Source: the human T2T-CHM13v2.0 reference genome, Homo sapiens
Strand: one strand, 5' to 3'
DNA: 64,000 nt
NCBI RefSeq assembly: GCF_009914755.1
Contig: NC_060930.1
In this document: piece by piece, positions 13,269 to 26,134 of the stretch
Position numbering within the stretch: position 1 is the stretch's first letter
How the letters are laid out: each line of letters opens with the position of its first letter
Made by a program: the position numbers and the translations under genes
The notes under the pieces: model-generated
Seen by the model: only the letters and a program-made list of their open reading frames with translations
The model's database searches: none
Told to the model about the DNA's origin: nothing

Positions 13269-14354
13269 GAGGAAGGGGGAAATAATTTGTTTTCATTTCA
13301 TTTCTTGTTTCTATAATTTAAGAACTTTGATATTAATAACAACAATTAATATTATTGCTAAAGAAATTAAATGTCTCACAAATGAGAAATTTCCAAGTCA
13401 TGTCTCCAACAAAAAAAATTGATTTGGCAAAGTTATGTAATGAAAGGATTGAATTTTAATCACTTGCTATGAAGTAATAATATTTGAATTTATATATTTT
13501 ATAATAGAATTACTGGTAAAATATATCTCTGGTGTGTAAGTCAGGAAACACTAACATTATCTGCAAAACTTGATGTGATTTCTGATTATGTTCTTAAATT
13601 TAATATTTTACTTTACTATCTGACTACAAAATTTGTGATTTGCTTTCATTGCTTCACAGATTATAGTAGAAAAATATGATAATGTCTGTCTGATTCAAAG
13701 TATTTTAAACAGGAATATTTGTAAAATGATGTAACATTAAATTCTTCTGAGAATTATAGTGTAACAATAAAATATAAATCACCAATGTATTAGTTATGAA
13801 TTTATCTAAATATATTTAATTATTATTAATTATAAATATGTATTTATAATGACCAGGCATGTTGGGATCACTGTACAAAATGCAATGAATGGGTGGCAAA
13901 AATACAAAGAAATCACTGCCTTCAATGTTTCTAAACTCAGAGTTAGATTGGATTGTAAAGAAATGTAAACACACAATAGATTGTTAATATTTGAAAGTGG
14001 CACATTCATAAATCAATTCAAATATTAAGTGTTATGGATTCAAAAATAACAGACAGTACTATAGACAATAAAGAGAAACGGAACTTGTAGTTATTGACTG
14101 CATGTTCTTTGACATCTTGGGAATAATGAGGTAATTGTGTAGTAATAAAAGAAATAATGAAGTATTATGGGAATCCTGGCTCCATGAAAAATTGAGCAGT
14201 GTTCTGAGGTTTACAAAAATTTGAGTGGGTGGTGCCCATGTGAGTGGAGGTAAAAAGGTTTACTGTGAGCTCAAGAAATAAATAAATTGGCCTTAATTGA
14301 ACATGTGCTTATTGGGGATGTGGGAGATAATGTGTGCAAAACTCTTGGAATGTT

Positions 14355-14733
<379 letters not shown>

Positions 14734-14867
14734 GTATGCCAGGCCTTCTGAGGGAGACAGTAGAGTCTAACTCTGGTCTTTGAGCTACAGTATCAGGGTA
14801 ATGGGTTCCAGTATCCAGTCCTGTTACTTACGTTTGTTACTGAAATCTGTGTAAACAATAAGAACTA

Positions 14868-15010
14868 TGATTTATTGAAACTTACTACATACCAGGCACA
14901 AATCCGAGCTATTGCATACACTAATTTAATTAGTCCTTATAAAAACTTTATTAAATTGGTGTAATTATTACCCACTGTATTATAAAGATAAAACTAGGCA
15001 CAGGGGGATT
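14868..15010 (-). mobile_element. MIR
   Basis: ATTTATTGAAACTTACTACATACCAGGCAC..TTATTACCCACTG..AAACTAGGCACAG. Confidence 0.65.
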
Positions 15011-15289
15011 ATGGCACCAGAATCTAGGCCATTAAACATTGCACACTGTTCATCTAGTTTTCTATTTCCTTAGACATGAATTGCAAATATTACTTATGTG
15101 TTTCTGTGACAATATAAATATATTTATATTTATAAATATGTGTATGGACATATACCTACTTGCATTTATACATATGCAAATAATAATCGCTTACAAATGT
15201 TAGCAGTCACATTAAAATAATAATTTATTTATTTTTTGAGACAGGGTCTCACTCCGTCATCCAGGCTGGAGTGCAGTGGCATGATGGTT

Positions 15290-16365
15290 GTCTACAGTCC
15301 TGGAAGTTTAGGGGATTTAAAAAAAGTTGAGTTGATAGAGGTTTAGTCTGAGGGGTCATTTATAGTTAGTCGTATTAGTTTAGGAATATAATATGTGGAG
15401 TTCACGCTTTTCAGAGAGGTATGCTCGAAGTATTATGTAAGTACTAGGACAGACATTTAGCTGACGTAAAAAATAGGAAGATCCTATTTGGTCAGAAAAC
15501 ATTAGAATTTTTAGAAAATAACGTTAATTGAGGGATGGTGTTGAGGTTGTTCATGATTAAAATATGATTGTTTAGGACGCTGACTAGATTGTGTTTTAGT
15601 CTTTGTTTTTTGGAGTTTGGCAGGAGTACGTTTTACCTAAGTTAATAATAAATTCAGATATCAGGGGAGGCGGGTTTTGCGGATTTAATTGGAAGTGGTC
15701 CTTGAAATAGTGTGCGTAAACGTGGGTGCGTAAACATGCATGCGTAAACGTCAGTGCGCAAACGTCTATTGATTAATTTGGTATGTCCTGCAAGCATGAA
15801 TGAATTAGCACCTGTTGGTATGTTGATTCGGAATGTTCAAGGTAAGTTCAGCTACAGCTGATTCGGCAGTTACCAGGCTCCCGCCATGCTGAGTCACAGC
15901 ACCCCCAAAGTTAAAAAATACCAAATGCATGAAAGTGCTCCTATGACTGGTTAATAGGGTAGTAGTCACTAATCCATCGAGATATCTTATTTAAGGGGAA
16001 TGTGTGGATGATCTTGATGTTATGTCCCTGAAGTAAGAACCAGATGCCAGGTATAGTTTCAGTACAGACACCCCCAAGTGTTAGGGGCCTGGAGCTAGGA
16101 GGGAAGAACTTCCCAAGCGGGTTGATGATTTCTCAAAGCTTGGTGGTTGAGAAACCAGGGTTGGTAGGGGATACCTTGCTGACGAAAAATATCTTGACTT
16201 AAATGTGCTATGTCTGTTAAATAAATGTATGTACTATGTAATATTAAGGATATCTAGTACAGTCAGTATCTATGTGGGTTGAATTGTATTGTACAGTTAA
16301 TAATAGGAATGTACGGTAGTTGTTTAAGGGATTGGTAATACTTGCTTGATATGCATGTGGAAAGA
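15290..16365 (-). other. NUMT: nuclear copy of a mitochondrial control region (D-loop)
   Basis: Minus-strand blocks are collinear with mtDNA: ETAS-like ACATAGTACATACATTTATTTAACAGACATAGCACATT (~16202-16239); central domain GCTCCAGGCCCCTAACACTTGGGGGT, CATCTGGTTCTTACTTCAGGG, TTCCCCTTAAATAAGATATCTCGATGG, ACCCTATTAACCAGTCA..CATGCATTTGGTATTTT; CSB1 (15782-15807), CSB2-like (15663-15679), CSB3 TGCCAAACTCCAAAAAACAAAG (15601-15622); G/T strand skew. Confidence 0.95.
15712..15767. repeat. 4 x 14-bp tandem repeat between CSB1 and CSB2 of the NUMT (RS3-like)
   Basis: GTGCGTAAACGTGG/GTGCGTAAACATGC/ATGCGTAAACGTCA/GTGCGCAAACGTCT. Confidence 0.9.
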
Positions 16366-18974
16366 ATCTTTCCACACTACAGCCTCACTACAGCCTCAAC
16401 CTCCCAGGCTCAAAAGATCCTCCCATCTCAGCCTCCTGAGCAGCTAGGACTACAGGCATGTGCCACCATGCCTGGCTAATTTTTTTTTTTTTTTTTGAAG
16501 AGATGGAATTTTGCCATGTTGCCCAGGCTGGTCTCAAACTCATGAAGTCAAGCCATCCACCCATCTTGGCTTCCCAAAGTGCTGGGAGTACAGACATGAG
16601 CCACCACACCCAGCCTAAAATAATTATTAATAGTTAATTCCCCAATGGGTTTTTTTGGTTATTGAATACTAAGAAAGGCAGTGTAAATGCTAGCCTTAAG
16701 TCATTAGGAATAAACTGAATAATAATTTAAAAACACACATTTACAGTTTGTGAAGACTCACATATCTCTGGTTTACCAAATAAAGAGAAGGAAATAAAAG
16801 AATCCAAAACAGTTAAAGAAAATTATTGTCCTTTCCCAAAACAGAATGTATAGGGCTAACAAGAATGCTAACAGAGAAAATACAGTTGATGTAAAATGTA
16901 GATGTAACTCACAAGAAGGATGAGAAGATGTGGGAGGCAAAAGAAGAAAAAAATATTCTTGACTTAAGTCATGATAAAAATAAAGCATTAGTACCTACAA
17001 ATCACGTAGTAGCAAAACTCTTGTATTTTGGATGGAGACTATGGTACAGTTTAAAGTAGGTTCAGTTTAAAATGGACAAACATCATTTTCTAGGAAATGT
17101 GTGGTAAATAATTTAAGTCAATGAATGATGAAGAGAGTTATTACAGGGGATGATTAGTAGTGGAGTTATGAAAATGGTAGCTATTCATAAAGTTTGTAAG
17201 ATGTAAATAATAAACCTCTAATAACTTAATGTATGCATGCATATTATGTATCAAGCACTATCAAAATGATTTTGTAAAAATTATGCTGCTAAATTCTCAT
17301 GATCCTATTAATAGGAATTAATTTATCCCCAGTTTATTGATGCGTAAATAATTTAAGCACGAAGTGTTTTTAAAAACCTGCACAAGATGTCGAGTACCTA
17401 ATACAGTGACTAGGTCATAACAGACAATAATGAGACTAAAATGTCCAATTATATTTATATAGAAATTGTTATTTTCATTAACAATAATAAATATTTTATA
17501 AGTAGAGAAAATAGAAAGAATATCTGCTGGGAGCTAAAAAGAAAGTCTTCTCTATAAAATTGACTATACAAAGCCGAGAGGATAAGCATAAGCCAGCCAA
17601 CAATAATTTATGAGTTTGCTGTGAGTTTGAGGAAACACTAAATGTGACAAGAGAGGGAGAGGGAGAGGGAGATTTTTTGGCAAATTCTAAATTATTTTTT
17701 CTTGTGCCTGGATCTATTTAAAATGTTTTAAACAGATATTCTCAAACTATGGGATACATATGAATACTTTTTATTTATTACAAAAGAGTGTCTAATATTA
17801 CAGTTTTACCAACATAAAAATACATCAATATAATGAAGATAAACTGGCCACTGGTTATAGGTATACTGCAGTTATTATCAAATAATAAGCAGCAGGGTGA
17901 AAAATATTTTACAAAGTAATAATGGAGTGTTGACTTCCATTGGGCCTCACAGAGAAAACGAGTTCAGAGTTACCTTGCTGCCATAACAACTATGAAGTTG
18001 AAAACATACTATTTTCAGGTATTTAATAAAACTCAGCACAGGACTCTCATAAGAAAGGAAATACACAAGATGAGCCCTGAACTCTCTCCAGGTGTTTGCC
18101 TAGTGACATAATCTTATTGCTACAGGGAGGAAAACTAAGTACACCTCTGAGTGAAGGGAGCAGTTATTGTAGTTCCAGCCTGAACATATGGCCAGAATTT
18201 CTGGAGTAGTGTTCTGGAAAAATGAGAACTACACAAAGGGGGTTTCAGAAGTCTGTGTGGGAATTTACCTTGGTCTTTGGCCAAGGGCTGAGCTACTCAT
18301 GCAGAAGGAAAGAAGACTAGGTATTAACAGAAATGGCCTCTGTGTGGGTGTGAGTTGAACAGAGATACTACAGGACATGCAATTCTGGGAGACATTAGAA
18401 TTCTGGAATAGCCAAATAGTAGCAACCTCCCTGAGCACCAAAGATAAAAAATTGAGACCCAAGGAAACTTCACCTTAGGAGTAAGAGTCATTTCCATGCC
18501 CTAGAGTAAAGGTCACATGTAAATTCCAAGGGTAAAACAGAAATTGATGTGTCCAAAGAATAAACACAAGCTCAATGAATGAAAAGTATCTGTCAGTATT
18601 TGCAACAGTTTGTTAGAATAAACCTCAACCCATAAAAAGAAGTGACATAATCCTGAGTCTCTAAAATGTATAATCCAAAAATAAAAGATTTCTAAACATG
18701 CAGTGTAGCAGGTGAATGTGACTACAAAGAGGAAGTGGGTGAAAGGCAATAGAAATAGACACACAGATGCCCCAACTTCTAGAATAATCAGACAATAACT
18801 TTTAAACAGCCATTATAAAGATGTTCAATGATTTAAAGCTAAAGATAGCAAAAGTGAGTGAATATTTGAGAAATCTCCATAGAGAAATGAAAACAACAAA
18901 AAAGAACCACAAGGAAACTCTAGAATTTAAAACTACAATCAATGTATTAAGACAAAATATCTGTAGGATATTTT

Positions 18975-20012
18975 TATTCAAATATTAGTTATTTGTATTT
19001 TCAGTTTTTAAAAAAGTCAGTCTGTCTAGAGATGTACTAATTTTATTGATCCTATAAAAAGAATTTTTGTCATTATTGATTTTATTTAAGCTTTGTTTCG
19101 ATTTTATTTTATTGACTTCCTCTCTTATGTTTTGATATGGTTTGAATCTGTGTCCCTGCGTAAATCTCATGTCAAATTGTAATCCCCAGTGTTAGAGATG
19201 GGGCGTGGTGGGAGGTGATTGGATAATGGGGGCGGATTTCCCCATTGGTGCTGTTCCCATGATAGTGAGTTCTCGTGAGATCTGGTCATTTAAAAATGTG
19301 TTGCATCTCCCCTCCGACTTGGTCCTGGTCCTGGTCCTGCCGTGTAAGACGCCTGTTCCTGCTTTGCCTTTTGCCAGAAGCAAAAGATCCCTGAGGCACC
19401 CCCCCGAAGAAGAAGATGCTGCCATGCTTCCTGTACAGCCTGTGGAACCATGAGACAATTAAAACTCTTTCGTTAAAAACTATCCAGTGTCAGGTTATGT
19501 CTATAGCAGTGGGAGAACAGACTAACATGCATTTATTAGTTACATCCTTTTGCTTAATTTTTTATTTTCTTTCTGGTTTCTTAAGGTGGAACCTTGTGTC
19601 ACTGATTTAGGACCTTTCTGTGTATTCCATTATGAGCATTAAATGCTATAAATCTCCACATAAAAACTGTTAACTTTTATATATCACATAAATGTTGATA
19701 TGTTTTCTTTTCATTTATATTTGATTGTTTGGTTCAGAATTTTGTCTAATTTCACTTATAATTTTAGTTTTGAGCCATGGGTAATTTAGAAATGTATCAT
19801 TTAATGTTTGTTATGCCTGTAAAACATACTTTGATTGACTTAAGTCCTCTGAAATTTATTGTGATATGTTTTATGGCCTTAAATGTAGTCTATTTTGGGG
19901 CATGGTCCATAAAACCTTGGAAACACTGTATTTTGTGTAGTGTTCTATAAATGTTAATTGCATTAACTTTCTTAATAGAATTGTTTATCTTTTATATTTT
20001 TATTGAATTTTC
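18975..20012 (-). mobile_element. Antisense L1 ORF2 fragment inserted within ORF1 of the host L1
   Basis: T-rich TCAGTCTGTCTAGAG..AATTTTATTGATC, TTCTTAAGGTGGAACCTT, AATGCTATAAAT, TTTTATGGCC..TCTATTTTGG. Confidence 0.7.
19133..19527 (+). mobile_element. MaLR solo LTR (MST family)
   Basis: TGATATGGTTTGAATCTGTGTCCC..TGTAATCCCCAGTGTT..GGGAGGTGATTGGAT..CTTCCTGTACAGCCTG..GAACAGACTAACA. Confidence 0.92.
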
Positions 20013-20580
20013 TGGATTGACTAACACAGTAGATGACTAGGGAGACAGAGTGAGTAATTTCAAAATATATATATAAATTTTTCAATCTAAAGAAAAGAAA
20101 AAATATACTATAAGCATAAAAAGAGCCTCACTGTGAGAAAAGAATCAAATGCTAGCAAGCACTGGACCATCCATAAAATTTGAGTCTCAAAGTGAAAATT
20201 GAAATATAGTGTGACAGAAAAAATATTTAGATAAAAACTGAAAATTCCTAGTTTGGTGAAAATACTTTAATTAACAGAACAAAATATCTCAGTGAAACCC
20301 AAACAAGACAAATATAAGGAGAATTGTATATATGAATATCATAGTATGATGCTAATGAAGATAAAGGGAAAATCTTTAAACAGCCAGAGAAAAAAGACAT
20401 CAGGGAAGATCAATGATGGGAATGATGGCTGACCGCCTTTCATCAACACTGACAGAGAGCAAAAATAATTTTGAATAGTATCTTAGAGTGCAGAAAGAAA
20501 AAAATAGTCAATCTCAAATTCTACAACTACCACAAATATCCTATAAAAACTAAGGTAAATAAAACTAAATATATATATAT

Positions 20581-20688
20581 TTTTAAGAGATGGGTCTTGT
20601 TTTGTCACCTAGCCTGGAGTGCAGTGGAGTGATCATAGCTCACAGTAGCCCTTAACACCTAAGCTCAAGAGATCCTCCTGCTTGAGCC
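20581..20688 (-). mobile_element. Truncated AluJ right-arm fragment
   Basis: GGAGTGCAGTGGAGTGATCATAGCTCAC..GCTCAAGAGATCCTCCTGC. Confidence 0.85.
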
Positions 20689-20804
20689 AAAGTTATATTG
20701 TAGATAAACAAACATTGAAAGCAATCATTCTGAGTAAACATATATTACTAAAATTTTTCGAATAATTTTTGGGCTGAAAAGAAATAACCTGAATTGGAAC
20801 TAGC

Positions 20805-21184
<380 letters not shown>

Positions 21185-21261
21185 TTATTGTTGCAAGTTT
21201 CTTACTTTTTACAGAAATTGGCACCCTGTTTGGGATTAGTTAATATCTAAAAACAAATACT

Positions 21262-21580
21262 GGCCAGGCACGGTGGCTCACACCTGTAATCCCAAAACTC
21301 TAGGAGGCCAATGTGGGAAGGTTGCTTGAGCCCAGGAGTTAAGACTAGCCTGGGAAACATAGTGAGACCTTGTCTCTACAAAAAATTAAAATTAAAAAAT
21401 TAGTTAGGCATGGTAGTACACACCTGTAGTCCCAGCTTCTCAGGATGCTGAGGTGAGAGGATTGCTTGCATCTAGGATGCCAAGGCTGCAGTGAGCTCTG
21501 ATCGCACCACTGCATTCTAGCCTGAGTGACAGAGCAAGGCGCTGTCACAAAAGAAAAAAGACAAAAAAAAAAAAACAAAA
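21262..21580 (+). mobile_element. AluJ
   Basis: TTGCTTGAGCCCAGGAGTT, CATAGTGAGACC, AAGGCTGCAGTGAGCT. Confidence 0.92.
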
Positions 21581-22988
21581 ACCACCACAAGTACTTAAAG
21601 GGCATCAGAAGTATAGCCAAAAAAGCAATTGAGGAAGTAAAATGAAGTACTAGAAAATATTTAGCTAACCCAAAATAAGGCAGAAAAAGAGAAACAGAGG
21701 GAGAAGAAACTAATGGGAAAATTTGTATAGATTATAGAATTAAAAACAATCACACTGTTAATTATATTCAAATAGGGTAAAATCTCAATTAAAAAGGCAG
21801 AGATTATAAAACAGGATAATAAAAAAAGGAATACACAGTGTATGCTGATTACAAGAAATACAGTTTAATAATAAGCACAAAGACATTGAAAGCAATAAGA
21901 TAGAAAAAGCTATAGCATGAAAGCATTAGGCACAAGGAAGTCATTGTAGCTATATAATTTTCTGACAAATAGGCTTTGAGACTGGGACTATTACCAGAGA
22001 AAAATGGGGACATTTGATAATGATGAAAGGGTCAATTCATCAGTAAGATATAACAATATTTTTGTACTTAATGACAGAGTGTCAAAATACATGAAGCGAA
22101 AACTGGCAGAAATAAAAGGAGACAGAGACAAATCAACATACATGGCTGAATATTTTAACAACCCTTACTTTGTAAATGACAGAGCAACCAGACAAAATTT
22201 ATTAAAGATAAAGAAAATTTGAAAACAGCTCAATACCAATGTATTTCAAGCTCACATGGGAAATGATCAAGGTGAATCATATACTGGACAATAAAATATG
22301 TCAAAATGTATTTTTTAAAAATGTAGTATTACACATAATATTTTCTGCCAAAGTAGAATTTAATTAGAATATCTGGATATTTGAAAGACCACTGCCAGAG
22401 TACTAAATAACTTCTGGATTAAAGATCTATCAAATTAAAGGGAAATTTGAAAGTAACTTAACGGGAATGAAAATGAAAATAAAACATATCAAAATTTGTT
22501 GATTGCTGCTAAAGTGTTGCATGTATGGAAATGTACAGTTTAAGTACTCATATTAAAAAAGAATAAGTGTTTAATAATCAATTATTCATGTTTCCCTGTA
22601 AGACCCGAAAAAGATGAAAAAATTAAACCTAAAGTATATAGAAGGAAGGAAATCATAAAGAGCCAAAATTAATTAAAATAAAAAGAATAAACATGGGATA
22701 AAATCATTAGTATTAAATGTTCATTGTTTGAAAGCATTATGGATGTGAGAAATCCTCAGGAGACTGTTGTAGAGAAGAAAAATAAAAAAGAGAGAGAGAA
22801 AACACCAAATATAATATTAGGAGTACACGAGGAATATTACAGAAAGGCCAAAGGACCTTAAAAGAAAAAAAAAAGACTGTTAAGAACAACTTTATGCCAA
22901 TATATATTATAATTTAGATTAAATGGACAGATTCTTTGAATAACATAACACCAAACTGACCAACGAAAAAAGTAGAAAATCCCAGTAG

Positions 22989-23310
<322 letters not shown>

Positions 23311-24933
23311 GGAATTTAATTCTTAATTAAGAACTGTCCCACCAAAAGAACTTTAGATACATGTTGTTACACTGATGAATTCTAAAAATATTTCAGGAAG
23401 AAATGACACAAATATTATATAGTCTTTTAGAAAATAGAGGAGGAAATAAAATCTAAAAACCATCTTCTGAGTCCATCATGAACTTCATATTAAAACTTGA
23501 AAAAGACTTTTTAAGAAAATTATAGACCACTTCCTAACAAATATTGACACAAAATACATGAACAAGATATTAAAAAATCATGTACATTGATATGTAAGAA
23601 AGATATCTCATAAACAATTGGGGTTTACTCTAGGAATGCAATGTGATTTCCACATTTAAAAATGAATTGATATAATTCACCACATTAACAGAATAATCGA
23701 AAAAACCTATTATTATCTCACCAGATTCAGGAAATGCATTTGACAAAATCAATACATTGCTTTAAAAAAATTTCTGCAAAGATTAAAGGAGAGCTTCCTT
23801 AAAATGATACAAAGAAGGTACTAATACCTTCAGCTAATTTTACACTTAATGGTGTAATGGGATATGGATAAAGGCAAGGATATCTCTCTCTTCACATATT
23901 TTCAACATTGCAGTGGAAGTCCTAACCGTGCATGCTGTAAGAAAAGAAAAACTAACAGAGGCATAGAAATAAGAAAATAAGAAGTAGATGTTTATTCCCA
24001 GTCAACTTGAATATTTTTGAGGAAAGCCCTAAGAAAGCCCCAAAATAACTTATTAGACGTAAGAAATGAAGTTAGAAAGTTCAAAAGATACAAAGCCAAG
24101 TTTTAAAAAATCAATTAACTTTCTATATACTTGCAGCAAAAAAAATGAAATTGGAATTAAAATATAATCACAATTGTATTTAGAACTGGATTACAAATGT
24201 AGTTTAAAAAATTAGAAAAATGTGTGCAACACTTCTCCACTGTAAACTAAAAACATTGCTGAGAGAAATAGAGACGTAAAAAAATGGAATTATATGTCAT
24301 CTTCATGAACTGGAAAACTCAGTTTTGATAAAGTATCAATTATCCACATATTTATTACAAATTTAAAAGCATAATAATTAAAATTCCTACAGAATTTTAT
24401 GTAGAAATTAAAGAAGATAATTCTAAGATATATGTGAAAATTGAATGACTTAGAATAGTTCAATTTTGGAAAAAGGAATAATGTTGGGAATTCAGACGTT
24501 TACCCTAAAGCAACAGTAATGAAGATGGTGTAGTACTGGTACATTACATAGATTAATCCATGGAAAGGAGTAGGAATTCTAGAAATATGATGTACACATA
24601 TACAGTCAATTAATATTCAACAAAAGTGCCAAGGTAATGAAATAGGAAAAGGAAAGTATATTTAAGAAATGGTTTTGGAAAAACTGAATTAACATACAGC
24701 AAAACCTAATTGTCAACCCCTAACTCGGGCCATACACAACTAATTCAAGGTAGATTATAGGTTTATGCATAAAAGCTAAAACACTAAAGGTTGTGTAGGA
24801 AAACATAGAGATGCTGTTTTCAATCCTGGGATAGATAAAAGCACAAATCTTAAGAGGAAAATCTTAAAAGGATAAATTCTACTACCGTAATTATAAAATT
24901 CTCATCCAAAAACAACATTAAGGAAAAACAAGT

Positions 24934-25265
24934 ATCCGGGCACGATGGCTAATGCCTGTAATCCCAACATTTTGGGAGGCTGAGGCAGGCAGATAAACTG
25001 AGGTCAGGAGTTTGAGACAAGCCTGGTCCAACATGGTGAAACCTCGTCTCTACTAAAAATACAATAATTAACCAGGCATGGTGGTAGGCGCCTGTAATCC
25101 CAGCTACTCGGGAGACTGAGGCAGGAGAATTGCTTGAAACTGGAGGAGGAGGTTGCAGTGAGCCAAGATCATGCCACTGCACTCCAGATCTTGGGCAACA
25201 GAGTGAGATTCCATCTCAAAAAAACAAACAAACAAACAAACAAAAAAACAAAAGGAAAAAAAAGA
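24934..25265 (+). mobile_element. AluS with (AAAC)n tail
   Basis: Dimeric Alu, CTGAGGTCAGGAGTTTGAGAC, GAGGTTGCAGTG; TSD-like ACAAGTA on both sides. Confidence 0.93.
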
Positions 25266-25276
25266 AAAGACAAGTA

Positions 25277-25415
25277 GCCAGGAGATGCATTGGCTCATTT
25301 CTGTAATCCCAACAAATTGGGAGGCTGAGGTGGGAGGATCACTTGAGGCCAGGAGTTCAAGACCAGCCTGGGCAAGATAGTGAGACCCCATCTAAAGATA
25401 CAAAAGAAAAGAAAA
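25277..25415 (+). mobile_element. Alu left monomer (FLAM/AluJ-type) immediately downstream of the AluS
   Basis: GGGAGGATCACTTGAGGCCAGGAGTTCAAGACCAGCCTGGGCAAGATAGTGAGACCCCATCT. Confidence 0.88.
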
Positions 25416-25628
25416 ACCAAGCTCAAAAGAAGAAATTATTTGCAGTACACATGTCTGACAAGAGATTTGCATATGAATTACATAAAAATCTTCAAATCAA
25501 TAATTAAAGAGCAAACAATTTATAAAAACTTGCAAAACGTTATACATTTTATAAAGGAAAATCTATAAATAATGATTAAGTACATAGAAAGATGCCTACC
25601 ATCATTAAAGGTCGGGCATGCAAATCAA

Positions 25629-26134
25629 CCTTTTTCCTGTATACAAAAAACCATACAAACAAACAAACAAAAAAATAGTTCTTTGCCAGCGCTCATTTAA
25701 TTTTACATAAACATGCTCTTTGAGGCTGAAGCAATATGAAAATAAAATATAAAAACGGTTCTTGGAGTTATTTTAAGCAGAACTAACAGCAGAATCACCT
25801 GAATCATCAAAATTGTCTATTTCAGAAAAATATATATCAAATGAATCTTTGGCCAACTGTTGGAGAACAATGTTAACATAATGGGTAGGAATGCTACCTT
25901 TTTTAGGATTTGACATTTTCAGTGATGGAGAGTTATTATACTTTGCAAATGAAAATGCCACTACTAAAAACAGAAAGCTATAAATAGAATGATGTCTTTT
26001 GTTTCTGAAGTCAACATATTAGAGTGATGCAAAAATAATAATAAAAGTGAGATATTGCATGGCCAAGTTATCTTGGGGTAATGCTGGAGCTGTAAGTGTT
26101 GCCAGCCTGTATTCTGGGGCAAACGGAAAAAGGG
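25629..26134 (-). mobile_element. MER75 (non-autonomous piggyBac element)
   Basis: Ends TCAA|CCTTTTTCCTGT and GGGGCAAACGGAAAAAGGG|TTAA (piggyBac TIRs, TTAA target); ~505 bp; internal sequence matches the recalled MER75 consensus. Confidence 0.92.
25773..25916 (-). pseudogene. PGBD4-like piggyBac transposase N-terminal remnant inside MER75
   Basis: MSNPKKGSIPTHYVNIVLQQLAKDSFDIYFSEIDNFDDSGDS resembles the PGBD4 start as I recall it ([32 protein letters not shown]). Confidence 0.75.

Larger units (their letters stand above)
15226..16615 (-). mobile_element. AluJ split by a NUMT (Alu pieces ~15226-15285 and ~16375-16615)
   Basis: GAGACAGGGTCTCACTC..GTGCAGTGGCATGAT stops at 15285 and resumes as CACTACAGCCTCAACCTCCCAGGCTCAA; a shared TSD TAAAATAAT(A/T)ATT at 15213 and 16616 brackets both pieces. 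Confidence 0.92.

Noticed and set aside
15290-15600. Possible mitochondrial tRNA-Phe or 12S rRNA in the NUMT
   Set aside because: No match to the tRNA-Phe start (GTTTATGTAGCTTA-like) seen; the NUMT appears limited to the control region.
15290-16365. Contamination or misassembly with real mtDNA
   Set aside because: The sequence is strongly diverged from human mtDNA, CSB2/3 are decayed, and it sits inside a TSD-bracketed Alu with junction scars.
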